From Squalus acanthias (Eukaryota): a stretch of DNA of 64,000 bases. Location: assembly GCA_030390025.1 (NCBI GenBank), contig CM059432.1, positions 80,044,001 to 80,108,000 on the forward strand, given 5' to 3'. Under the pieces are notes generated by a model. That model was not told the origin of the DNA, did not search any database, and saw nothing but the letters and a program-made list of their open reading frames with translations. The translations under genes and the position numbers were made by a program. Below, one piece after another: positions 1 through 11,862 of this stretch (position 1 is its first letter; each line of letters starts with the position of its first letter).

Positions 1-22
1 ATAGAGGATATTCAGCATGTAA

Positions 23-458
23 ATGCTCCGATGGACAGGTCATATTGTCCGCATGCCCGATACGAGACTCCCAAAACAAGCGCCCTACTCAGAGCTCCAG
101 CACGGCAAGAGAGCCACAGGTGGGCAGAGGAAACGCTTCAAGGACACCCTCAAAGTCTCCTTGAAAAAGTGTAACATCCCCACCGACACCTGGGAATCCC
201 TGGCCCAAGACCGCACAAAGTGGAGGAGAAGCATCCAGGAAGGCGCCAAACACCTCGAATCTCTTCGCCGGGAGCAAGCGGAAGCCAAGCGCAGGCAGCG
301 CACGTCAACCCAAGCACCTCACCCACCCACCCCTTCAACCACCGTCTGCCCCACCTGTGACAGAGACTGTAGGTCCCGCATTGGACTCAGTCACCTACGA
401 ACTCATTTTTAATGTGGAAGCAAGTCATCCTCGGTTCCGAGGGACTGCCTAAGAAGAA
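23..458 (+). mobile_element. RTE-clade LINE 3' fragment
   Basis: ORF LRWTGHIVRMPDTRLPKQ..YSEL..GKR..GGQRKRFKDTLK..WESLAQDR..CPTCDRDCRSRIGL.HLRTH is a typical RTE ORF C-terminus; ends in an AAGAAGAA tail. Confidence 0.85.
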
Positions 459-660
459 ATGAATTAAATCACAAACATTAGGGAAATGTTAATGTTTATA
501 CTGGAATTACACATTGAAACTTTAATGTTGCAAGTGTACACAAGTCATATATTCTACGTAATGGGAAGTTTCTTACATTGGAACTCCGCACTTCGATGCA
601 ATGAAACTGTCTGGAATCAACACGAGACATTATGAAATATTAAAAGGAACAATAGCTTAC

Positions 661-691
661 CTTTGTTTTTCTGTTTCTGATTTTATCTCCT
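661..691 (-). CDS. ARFGEF1: ARFGEF1 coding exon 2 (31-nt micro-exon)
   Basis: Minus strand reads poly-T..CAACAG|AGGAGATAAAATCAGAAACAGAAAAACAAAG|GTAAGC. Joined to exon 1 in phase it gives ...VAL-E-EIKSETEKQ(S/R), matching recalled BIG1 EEIKAETEKQS. Confidence 0.95.
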
Positions 692-1583
692 CTGTTGAAA
701 AAAAAATATATAAATTCAGTAAATATCAATACTTTATAGCATCAATCTAACAGCAGTCTTAGCAAAGAATCACAGATATTTGGTCAATCCAAAACTGATG
801 CCACTGCCCCATGCTCTGTGCATAGCCTTGTATCTTCCTCTGCTTCAAATATTTTCCAATTTTCCCTCAAAAGATGCAACGGTCTTCTGCCTCAACCACT
901 TCCTATGGCAAAACAACTTTCTATATAAATTGGTTTCTACTAACTTCTCTTCTCACACACTAAGTGACTATTTTAAATTGTTGACCCCCTTGTAACTAAT
1001 CTCCCCAACCAGAGGACTATAATCTTTCCCGAATTCCCCTGTCAAAATCCAATTTCTTTGCTCCCCAAATTTCTCTCCCAACCTGTAGCTGAATCTATCA
1101 CCCTAATGCTTGCTACTTCAGCAATTTGATGTGTCTGTGGCCCTGAAGTCTCCTTCATACCCCATAATTGGGACACGATGCTCTTTTGGTGGCAATGAAC
1201 TGGCAGAGAATGGGCCATGGATAAACAGAGTGTTGGTATGGACACAAGCACACCACAGCCCAGAACAAAAGATTTTCTGGGGTTGCAGTGAGGGAGGTGG
1301 GCGGGTAGGCAGGCAGACAGCAACAAACAGCCCAAGAAAGGGCCATGAATAAACCAACCGGTGGGGACAGTGTTTTAGAGGCAAAGAGAAAAGCTACAGG
1401 AAGGCATCGGGTCGATGAGGAGAGGAATGCTGCTCAGCTGTACATTTGGGGAGAGGCTGCATGCACCAGGAGCCAGGCAGAGATATTGGCAGACTGGGGG
1501 AGGTGGGGAAGGGCGGGAAAGATAGGGCCAAGACACTGGTGTCAGCAGCAACACAAGCCAGATGATTCGGGTAGCAGGTAGAG

Positions 1584-1986
1584 TTTTTTTTTAATTCATT
1601 CACAGGATGTGGACGTCACCAGCAAGGCCAGCATTTATTGCCCATCCCTAATTGCCGTTGAGGTGGTGGTAGTGAGCCGCCTTCTTGCTAGGCCATATCA
1701 GAGGGCAGTTAAGAGTCAACCACATTGCTGTGGGTCTGGAGTCATATATAGGCCAGACTGGGTAAGGACGGCAGATTTCCTTCCCTAAAGGACATTAGTG
1801 AACCAGATGGGTTTTTACGACAATCCGGTAATTTCATGGTCACCATTACTGACACTAGCTTTTTTTTAAATTCCATTATTATTTTGAATTTAAATTCCCC
1901 AGCTGCCATGGTAGGATTTGAAATCATGTCCCTGGAGTCCAGGCCTCTGGATTCCTAGTCCAGTAACATAACCACTATGCTACCGT
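1584..1986 (-). mobile_element. tRNA-derived SINE with LINE-derived 3' tail
   Basis: A-box TAGCATAGTGG (1982-1972) and B-box-like GATTTCAAATCC (1925-1914). The tail GGCAATTAGGGATGGGCAATAAATGCTGGCCTTGC is shared with the LINE end at ~35100-35165. Ends in a poly-A. Confidence 0.8.
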
Positions 1987-2030
1987 AATAGACCCAATCA
2001 CACAACTAGGCCATTTAATTTCAAGCTGAT

Positions 2031-2575
2031 ATAAGAACATAAGAAATAGCAGGAGTAGGCCATACAGCCTCTCAAGCCTGCTCTGCCATTCAATAAGATT
2101 ATGGCTGATCCTCGACCTTAACTCCACTTTCCCGCCCGATCCCCAAATCCCTCGATTCCTTTTAGAGTCCAAAAATCTATCGATCTCAGCCTTGAATATA
2201 CTCAATGACTCAGCATCCACAATCCTTTGGAGTAGAGGATTACAAAGATTCACACCCCTCTGAGTGAAGAAATTTCTTCTCATCTCAGTCCTAAATGGCC
2301 AACCCCTTATCCTGAGACTATGCCCCCTCGTTCTGGACTCTCCAGCCAGGGGAAACAGCCTCTCAGCATCTACCCTGTCAAGCCCTCTCGGAATCTTATA
2401 TGTTTCAATGAGATCACCTTTCATTCTTCTAAACTCCAGAGAGTATTGGCCCATTCTACTCAATCTCTCCCCTTTGGACAACCCTCTCATCCCATGAATT
2501 AATCTAATGAACCTTCATTGCACTGTCTCTAAGGCAAGTATATCCTTCTTCAGAAAAGGAGACCAAAACTGTGCA
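2031..2575 (-). mobile_element. CR1 LINE 3' fragment
   Basis: Motifs YSLEFRRMKGDLIETYKI and RTRGHSLRI..RRNFFTQR; (TTCTTATG)-type tail at ~2031-2047. Confidence 0.9.
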
Positions 2576-3235
2576 CTCAAAACAATTTTATTTTTGCATT
2601 CCTTCTAAAATATTAACATTTTTATTAGCCAGTGGTAATCATTATCCAACCCACTTGAGCCAATGACAATGGAATTGCATTTTAACTCACTAGTTTAGCC
2701 AAACTAAAATAAATATCTACATTTGCCACTATCAAGTTGCAAGTGCAGATGAGCAATGACAGAAGTCTAGACAGGCATGATCTCATCTTCCTGGAATTTT
2801 AGGTTTAGAATTTGTGCTGGTGAATATTGCATGTGGACAGAATGTCCAAACCCCAGAAGTGGTATCCGCTTAAAACTTCAGCTATTCCTACAATGTGTGA
2901 AATTGGCTTACATTTACAGTATGCCATATTAAAAATAGGTAAAATCATCAGCATACCAAATTATGCGTCGATATATTGTAAATGCATATATCAGAATAAT
3001 TTTGCCTGGAAATTGCACTTTGAGGGAGCGCAGGAAGGCTTGTTGCAATCTGAACAGAAACATTTGGAGGACAAAACAGAAAAACTGTAAAACAGCGATA
3101 ACACATAAATAAAATAAAATTAACAGTGTATTACTCTGAGGTACAGTTATGTGGTGTGTTCTAACAAACCACAGCATCTACAAAAAAAAATAAACTTTAT
3201 CTTCTTAAATAATAACATTTCTGAAAACAATTATA

Positions 3236-3971
3236 GACCCGGATTTTCCCCTCAGCGGCGAAGGAACGGCTTTTGCTGTTCCCCTCGCGTACAGTTGCTC
3301 AGAGACTATTCGCGGGCTTGTCAGTGGAGATTTCTACTAATCCCGCGTCTGATCCAGTGCGGCGCCCTCTACAGGGGATCTGTGGCGTTTGTGAGCAGGG
3401 AAAACAGCAGGAGGCTCTTCAACCAGATTGAAGAATCCTCACTGGCACACCCAGATTGCAAAGCCAGGAAGTAAAAAAAACAGGAAATATAAATTACATT
3501 TAAATCATTGTACAGGAAGCTAAATAAAGATTGGAACATACTGATGGGATCAAGTGAAAGAGAAAAACAGAAAAATATTTAATTTTAATTTTTTTTTAAA
3601 TCTACATTAATTTTCTTCTGAGTGAATGAGACATCACACTTGTAAAATTAATTTTTATGGGCCAGAGAGGTTATTCAGCAGTAATCATCACTTATTACAC
3701 CATTAAAAACTCACTTACTCCAGAATACACCAGCTCTAACTTTTCCAGCCCTTTTTAGTGCGAGACGAACAGGAAATTACCCTAAATTCATGCCATTACA
3801 GTGCCGAAACTGCAACAGTGCACCCTGTGGAGGAGCAGGGTATCTGACATCAACTTCTGGATTTCCACATTTAACTGCACATGTGCGGACACCAGAAGTT
3901 GGTTAGATTTACCCTGTAATAACGGCGAGCGCCGTTATCCTCGCCGTTATTATTACAGAAAAATCTGGGCC
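3236..3971 (+). mobile_element. PIF/Harbinger-type MITE
   Basis: Imperfect TIRs GACCCGGATTTTC / GAAAAATCTGGGCC, ATA on both flanks (3233-3235, 3972-3974), AT-rich core, no ORF. Confidence 0.75.
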
Positions 3972-5055
3972 ATAATGTCTGAAACAACTTCTTTATGTAT
4001 AAACCACTGGTAGACGGTGTAATTCAAGAAAGAAATGGGAATTGTATCCTGCAGTGACAGCTGGCTTTCAAAGTATACATTTACACTATACTTTGATAAA
4101 ACACAAGAAAGAAACAAAGATTATTAAATTCTTTAAAATGGAAAGCTCAAGCATTAACAATACTGATTAAGCAAATAAAGAAAGCTACACAACTGGAAAC
4201 AGTAAACAATGAAAACTTATACTATCTTGATAGCAAACATTCCAGTGGCCCAATTGTCTCATAACCTAATCTACTGAAAAGGAGTTTGTTGATTATTCAT
4301 GAGTTCGGCACATCCATGGTAACAATGTTATTGAATACCAATGCAGAAAAATTTCACCTGCAATAACTTTGTTTAATAATTAAAACTAATTGCTAAGTAG
4401 TTTTAATTAGATAGACATTTCCCTATTTCCGTTGCACAAGCTTTGAATCCTAGCCCTCCCTTAACATATCTGGATGACAGTCCCTATCTAATAAACATAG
4501 TATAGCAGGACAATGATTAAATACACCCACGTGACTTGTAACTAGTGTTCTTTTACCAAACTCATTAACTAGCCTACTAAAAACTCAATGCTAGCTGCTC
4601 GATGCAATAGTACAAGCATTATCGTTCATGAATTCCATAGTGACAGTGATTTGCATTCAAATATTAGCTTTAACTATTACTTAATAAGCCTCACCAACTA
4701 TGTCATTTAATACTACCAAATGCTATCTTAATCATTTGTCCAATTCACTAAACAGCCAACTGCAACACACATGCATTACTTCAACTTGAACCTGGCGTCA
4801 ACTGCTAGGATTCATAGGTGTTACCACAAAAATCAAGGAGTTCTTTTACATCACATGCAGTAGTTTCCCTGTCACTTCAAACAATAGCAGTTTGAACTTC
4901 ACACATAATCTTACTATTCCACTGACTTGGAAGTTATGACATACAACAGGAAACCAAAAAAATGAAGAAAATATACTGGTACAAAAGCAATTCATAATCT
5001 TAACATGCCCTTCAACTGAATCAGTTATTCACTGTCACAGACAGCACTGTTTCAT

Positions 5056-5160
5056 CAGTTCTGACGAAGGGTCATCGACATGAAACGTTGACTCTGTTTC
5101 TCTCTCCACAGATGCTGTCTGACCTGCTGAGTATTTCCAGCATTTTCTGTTTTTATTTCT
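5056..5160 (+). ncRNA. Penelope-type repeat fragment with minimal hammerhead ribozyme motif
   Basis: AGTT-CTGACGA-AGGGTC ATC GACAT-GAAA-CGTT-GACT: CUGANGA and GAAA core boxes with a hairpin between them (one stem II mismatch). Same family as 11641-11862. Confidence 0.65.
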
Positions 5161-7240
5161 GCTTCATCAGTCACTGTGTAATGAACAGAACATACGTTTT
5201 GTGTCATAAAGGATAACTGATTAGTCCATGCATTTTGAACACTTTCACACCACTTACTTATGAGTGTAACTTTTTTCTTCACACTAAAATCCTTGAGGCT
5301 CGCCCCATTATTCTAGGATGTTGACATCAATCAGATAATGCCAAATGCCTCAAAATTGTTTTTGAGATGTAGATAATCTGGACTGGACTAGCTTGTTATT
5401 AGTTTAGTTACAGCATGTTTTCATGAAGATGCATATTTTTTTCCATGCTGCCAAAACACCACTGATTTGTGTGCAGCATAGATACTGAATCGTGCTTCCA
5501 CTTGGAGAGAATAGCGGACTCCCATTATTTGATAATGCACGAACGAACTGTGGGGCTATTGAATCCCAATATGAAAGCACACATCCCAAAAGTTGCAGCC
5601 AATTTCCCAGATACACTCCTGAATTATTTCAAACAATAGAATAAAGGGATTCAAAGCCTATAGGTCAATACGTTCTACATCCTCTCATTCTTTTCAGGAT
5701 TATGATGTGGCAGGAGTAGAAACCGGAATTTGCCTGCAATAAGCGCATGTTTTCTATGGCTTGAGAAAGCAAAGTTCCAAATATCCAGGCACAACAGCTC
5801 TTCAGCTCAGCACTCTTCTTTCCCCCATTTTTTACCAGTGCCGAAGATAATGGTCAGAAGAGGGGGATGCTTCAGTGGTCAACTTAATCTACTGCTTCTA
5901 CAAAATGGTTTGGTAAAAATATTTTAAGGCCAAATCTGATTCCTTCTGCAAAACAAAAATCATGAGTAGAGTCTTGATTGATGCAGGCTGCAGGAATATT
6001 TATTGGGTTAGGCTAATGACTGTGCTGAAGGCAAGAACATCACTTTTACTTTAAAAGCTGAAATGCTTTCATCACTTTTTCAATTCCAATGCGGAATGGC
6101 ATCAGAGTAGCTTCACAATCCGGAGCAGTTTGTGACTGAAAGTAGAAGAGTTTGTATGAATGCTGGATGAGATGGAGAGCTTTTTCCCAGCCTAGAATCA
6201 ATAAAGAATGATGCCCAGGCAATGTAGTGTTTCTATATCTTTCCTGAGAACAATCCTTGATCTATAGCTATATATTTTGGGGGTAAACAAGAACTCATAA
6301 TCCCTTTGTGATTACGAACTGTACTTCAATATGATCAGCAAGGCTGATTGGTCATGCATCACCAATGAACAACTTTTTATATATTTATTTTATAGCAACC
6401 CCCATAAAATAACTGAGCCCTTCACATGGCAAAGAGGCAGACACTGAGCAGGAAAAGGAGGATGACCAAAGAAATGGTTAAAGAGCAGGAGTTTAAGGTT
6501 CTCAAAGTCAGGGAGGGGGTTAGCAAGGCAAATTAATTTGGAAGAGAATTTCAAGAGCAAGGCCATAACGACTGAATGATCAGCCTCCAATGATAGAGCG
6601 AAGGGAACAGAGAGAAATCAGTAATCCAGAATCAGAGTAGAGGATATGGGTTGGGTTTTATGGTTGGAGCAAATCCATGAAGACAAGGATCCTGAAATCA
6701 ATTTGATGGGGCTAAGAGCCAGTGGAGCTTGGCAAAGACTGCCGTGAAGTGCATGCAGAACTTTTGTGTGGGAGAAGTCAAATACCACCAAGTTCTGAAT
6801 TAGCTACACAACCATCATGGGTATCAGTAACTGAGAAGGATCTATGACATGAAGAAAATTGGGTGCTATCGTCAACCAGAGCTGAAGATTACCTAAAGGA
6901 GTAGATTCACCAAAAGTAAAATGATACTGGAAGCACAAAAGTGCCTGTATTAGCCAAGACTATGGTATTGTAACATTTGAAACCAATATTCATCTTAAAT
7001 CAAAAAAGTCTGTAAATTGTTTAAAAAGGAACTTAGGAAATGAACCACTTTCCAAGTGGTGACATCTAGAAAAACTCCAAATGGACAGTGACATTTTTTT
7101 GTTTTCCTGCATACATGGGCCAGATTGGGACTTTCTGCTGACACCATAAGGAAAGGAATTAAGAATGTGATTCAAGTAAGGTCGTACATAGTTGGCTACC
7201 TGATTAAAATGGCCACTACATGGTGTGAATTTTTCCCTTC

Positions 7241-8517
7241 CCACTTGAACAAATATGAACTGATCAGAGAGAGCCAGCATGGATTTGTAAAGGTTAAGTC
7301 ATGTCTAACGAACCTAGTTGAATTTTTTGAGGAGGTAACTAATGTGATAGATAAGGGAGTGTCTATGGATGTTATTTATATGGACTAACAGAGGCATTCA
7401 ATAAGGTTCCACATAAGAGGCTGTTAACAAAAATGAGAACACATGGAATTGGAGGCAACCTATTGACATGGGGAGGGAATTGGTTAGGAGGTAGGAGACA
7501 GAGAGTAGGGATAATGGGTATTTACCAAAATTGGTAAGATGTGACTAGTGGTGTCCCCTAAGGGGTCTGTATTAGGGCCTCAGCTTTTCACTATATTTAT
7601 AAATTACTTAAATGAAGGAAAATAGAGCCGTATATCCACGTTTGCTGATGGCACCAAGTTAGGTGGCACAGCAAATAATGTAGATGGCAGCAGAAAGTTG
7701 CAAAAGAGACATTGATAGAGTAAATGAATTGGCAAAACTATGGCAGATGGCGTTCAATGTGTGGAAGTGTGAGGTCATCCGCTTGGACCCAATAGGGTAT
7801 AGCACAGTATTCTCAAAATGGTGAGAAACTAGAAACTATGGAGGAGCAGAGAGATTTAGGGGTACAAGTACAGAAATCACTAAAAGCTAGTGGACAGGTA
7901 CAAAAAAATAATTTAAAAGGCTAATTGAATGTTGGCCTTTATCTCAAGGGGGCTGGAATAAAGGGGAAGTTATGTTACAGTTATATAAAGCTCTGGTTAG
8001 ACTCCATTTAGAGTACTGCATTCATTTCTGGGCATTGCATCTCAGGAAGGATATATTGGCCTTGGAGGGGGTGTAGTGCAGATTTGACAGAACATTACCT
8101 GGGCTAAAAGAGTTCAATTATGAAGACAGGTTGCACAGACTAGGCTTGTATTCCCTGGAAGATAGAAGATTAAGGGGTGATCTAATGGAGGTGTTTATGA
8201 TAATCAAAGGAGTTGATAGGGTAGATAGAGAGAAACTATTTCCTCTGGTGGGGGAGTCCAGAACAAGGGGCACAACATTAAAATTAGAGCTAGACCATTC
8301 AGGGGTAATGTCAGGAAACACTTCTTCACACAAAGGGTTGTAGACATCTGGAAAACTCTCCCCAAAAAGCTGTTGAGACTAGGTAAATTGAAAATTTCAA
8401 AACTGTGATTGATAGATTTTTGTTATGCCAGGGTATTAAGGGTTACAGAACCAAGGCGGGTAGATGGAGTTAAGATACAGATCAGCCTACTCCTGTTCCT
8501 ATGGCCATATGTTCCTA
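7241..8517 (+). mobile_element. CR1 LINE, 5'-truncated, degenerate RT
   Basis: SQHGFVKVKSCLTNLVEFFEEVT..DVIYMD and LGLYSLEDRRLRGDL; many stops and frameshifts. Confidence 0.9.
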
Positions 8518-10132
8518 TTTTATTCATATACACCATAGTGGTAAAATGCCCAGTCCAGCTTTCCAAAAGTAGTACTTCAGGTAATACCGCTGCTCAACTG
8601 ATCAATCTTCAAGACTATTAATTTTACACCTAGCAGTCTAAGTTGGCACAAGTTTACTACAGTTAATTCTCCCTTTCCTGGGCATGAGATTCACATCCTA
8701 GATTCTAAGTTACTGATGTCAATGAATAGCCATTCAATGTGCTTGAACAGATTTGGACTGGTGCGACCTTTCATTCACCATGAATGACTCAGTAAAACAC
8801 TTAAAAACAGGTGTTGTTTGGCTCATCCTCATGCTTCCTGAAAATTTGCCTGACAGAGCAAACCACTTTATGCTCTTTTTAAAAAAAATGAAAAGATGAC
8901 TAATTCACAATGGTTACTGACTTTTTTTTGTATTTTCTCACAGTAGTAGTCATCAGATTCTCTTAAGTATTGAGGCTGATCAACACCACCAATAATTTTA
9001 GTTGTCTTACTCATCAAGACTTTCACCTCAGGACAAAAGGGAGTCATGGGGCTTTTCCAGTCATTGGAGTATATTGCAATATAACAATGTGCATTTTGAC
9101 TGTACTTAACTTTAAACTTCCATTGTTTAGTAATCCACATAAAATGAAAATGAAACAGAAATTCAACTGTTTTTCTGGTGGCTGATGTATGGAAAAGTTC
9201 CTTTACCAAATACCAATGCATATGGATGTTTTCTATTGTCTAACATCTACTGTTAGCAGATAATGATTGAAACTCATTTTCCTATGAGAAAAGCACAGAG
9301 TAAGAGAGGAGTAAAAATCAAGAAACTTCAACAAAACAAAATTGTTCTTGGGATGTGGGAAACGCAGGCAAGGTAACATTTATTACCCATCCCTAGGCAC
9401 CGTCCAAATGACTCCTCCTGACTCACACCACCACCATCCAGGAAAGGAGGAGATTCCTCCCAATCCCCGGGAGATGAGGATACTCCTTCCCCTGCCTGAT
9501 CTGCCCACCATCTCACTGGCCAGGCAGCTGCAGGGTTTGCCACACTGCCGATCAATCCCAGTTGTTGGTATGAAGTCCAATCTTAAAAAAAGAGGTCATA
9601 GCCCCTGATTAGGCAGAAGCTGGGAAAATAAGCAATCCACCTAACTAAAGGTACCAGCACTGCGGGATTTCCTTTAACAAGAGCCCACCGTAAGGAGACG
9701 CGGGGCCTATATTTACTGCTCCAGCGCTTATAACGCCAGACACCACAGAGCACCTACCTCAGAACCACCGGAACCTTCACCAAATCGGCCACTGGACATC
9801 ACCCGGGAATTTGCTGTAACCAGGCACTGCCTCCCGCCTTTCCTCAGCGACGATTAGGCAGACGCATCCACCTGCTGCATACTATATGCTAGTACTACAG
9901 TGCCATGTGCTTCTCATTGGTTAATTGGATAAAAGAACATTCCCCTACAATGAAACGATCAGTGGAGGCTTGACGTAGTCCATCACGAGCCCGTGACTGG
10001 TATTTGGAGTGGGTTGAAGGGGCTGATCAGCTGTCATATTCAGATTTTTCCAGTTCCCACTTATTTCTGAGCATCCTGCCACAAGCCGTACATTTGACAC
10101 CCCTGGTGTAGACACAGCAGAACCAGACTTTC

Positions 10133-10555
10133 AACAACTTGCATTTATATAGCACCTTTAACAAAAAAAAATCCCAAGTGCTTCACAAATAGAAACAGGC
10201 AGAGAAACAGATGAAGAGCCATGGAGGGGCGATCATGGGGAGAGACCGAAAGCCTGGTTCAAAAGGTAGGTTTTGAGAAGGTTTTCAGAGGAAGAGAGAA
10301 AAGTGGACAGGCAGAAGGGTTTAAGGAGAGTTCCAGAGTGGAGCCAAGGTGAGTAAAGGCTCTGCTACCAATGGTTGGGCAAAGGGAAGACAGACAAAAG
10401 GCCAAATTCAAAGAACAGAAGGGCACAGGAGAGATACAAGGCTGGAGCAGGTTGCAGAGAAGGAGTGGGGCAAGGTTGCGAAGGGGTTTGAAGATGAGAA
10501 CGATGAATTTATATTTAATAAATTGAATTACAGGGAGCCAGCTTGGGCCAGCGAA
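10133..10555 (-). mobile_element. L2-type LINE 3' fragment (old)
   Basis: AACAACTTGCATTTATATAGCACCTTTAAC is the reverse complement of the L2-type 3' end also seen at ~16000, ~47320, ~51040 and ~60400. Confidence 0.6.
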
Positions 10556-10753
10556 GACATAGAATCACAGAATAGTACAGGAGGCCATTCGGCCCGTCGA
10601 GTCTGCACCGGCTCTTTTGAAGAGCAATCCAGTTAGTCCCACTCACCCTGCTCTTTCCTCATATCCCTGCAATTTTTTCTCCTTTAAGTATTTATCCAAT
10701 TCTCTTTTGAAGGTTACTGTTGAATCTGCATCCACCACCCTATCATCCATGAA

Positions 10754-10882
10754 CTTCACCTGACGAAGGAGCAGCGTTCCAAAAGCTTGTGATTTCAAAT
10801 AAACCTGTTGGACTATAACCTGGTGTTGTGCGACTTCTCACATTTATCCACCCCAGTCCAACACCGGCATCGCCACATCATG
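10754..10882 (+). ncRNA. Penelope-type fragment with degenerate hammerhead motif
   Basis: CAC-CTGACGA-AGGAGC AGC GTTCC-AAAA-GCTT-GTG; the GAAA box is mutated to AAAA. Homologous to 19807-19905. Confidence 0.55.
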
Positions 10883-11640
10883 GCTCTATTTATGAAGCCC
10901 AGGATCCCGTACGCTTTTTTAACCGCTTTTTCAACCTGCCCTGCCACCTTCAATGATTTGTGCACATATACCCCCAGGTCTCTCTGTTCATGCACCCCCT
11001 TTAGAATTGTTCCCTTTAGTTTATATTTCCACTCCTCGTTCTTCCTACCAAAATGTATCACTTCACACTTTTCTGCGTTAAATTTCATCTGCCAAGTGTC
11101 CGTCCATTTCACCAGCCTGTCTATGCCCTCTTGAAGTCTATCACTATCCACTATACTTCCAAGTTTTGTGTCATCTGCAAATTTTGAAATTGTGCCCTGT
11201 ACACCCAAGTCTAAGTCATTAATATATATCAAGAAAAGCAGTGGTCCTAGTACCGACCCCTGGGGAACACCACTGTATACCTTACTCCAGTCCGAAAAAC
11301 AACCGTTCACCACTACTCTGTTTCCTGTCACTTAGCCAATTTCGTATCCATGCTGCCACTGTCCCTTTTATTCCATGGGCTTCAACTTTGCTGGCAAGCC
11401 TATTATGTGGCACTTTGTCGAACGCCTTTTGGGAGTCCATGTACACCACGTCAACCGCATTGCCCTCATCAACCCTCTCTGTTACCTCATCAAAAAACTC
11501 AATCAAGTTAGTTAAACACGATTTGCCTTTAACAAATCCGTGCTAGCTTTCCCTAATTAATCCATACTTGTCCAAGTGACTGTTAATTTTGTCCCCGATT
11601 ATTGTTTCTAAAAGCTTCCCCACTACCGAGGTTAAACTGA

Positions 11641-11862
11641 TAGCAAAATACTGCGGATGCTGGAAATCTGAAATAACAACAGAAAACGCTGGAAAAACTC
11701 AGCAGGCCAGGCAGCATCCGTGGAGAGAGAAAGAGAGTTAACGTTTCAGGTCGATGACCTTTCGTCAGAACGAAAGGTCATCGACCTGAAACGTTAACTC
11801 TCTTTCTCTCTCCACGGATGCTGCCTGGCCTGCTGAGTTTTTCCAGCGTTTTCTGTTGTTAT
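11641..11862. mobile_element. Penelope-type insert forming a perfect 94-bp inverted repeat, with 17-bp flanking direct repeat and hammerhead motif
   Basis: Arms 11672-11765 and 11770-11863 are exact reverse complements with loop CAGA. TACCGAGGTTAAACTGA occurs at 11624-11640 and 11863-11879. The minus strand reads GTT-CTGACGA-AAGGTC ATC GACCT-GAAA-CGTT-AAC. Confidence 0.85.

Noticed and set aside
9530..10112. Possible hAT element ending TTGACACCCCTG-GTGTAGAC
   Set aside because: Only one TIR-like end was found; no matching left TIR or TSD.
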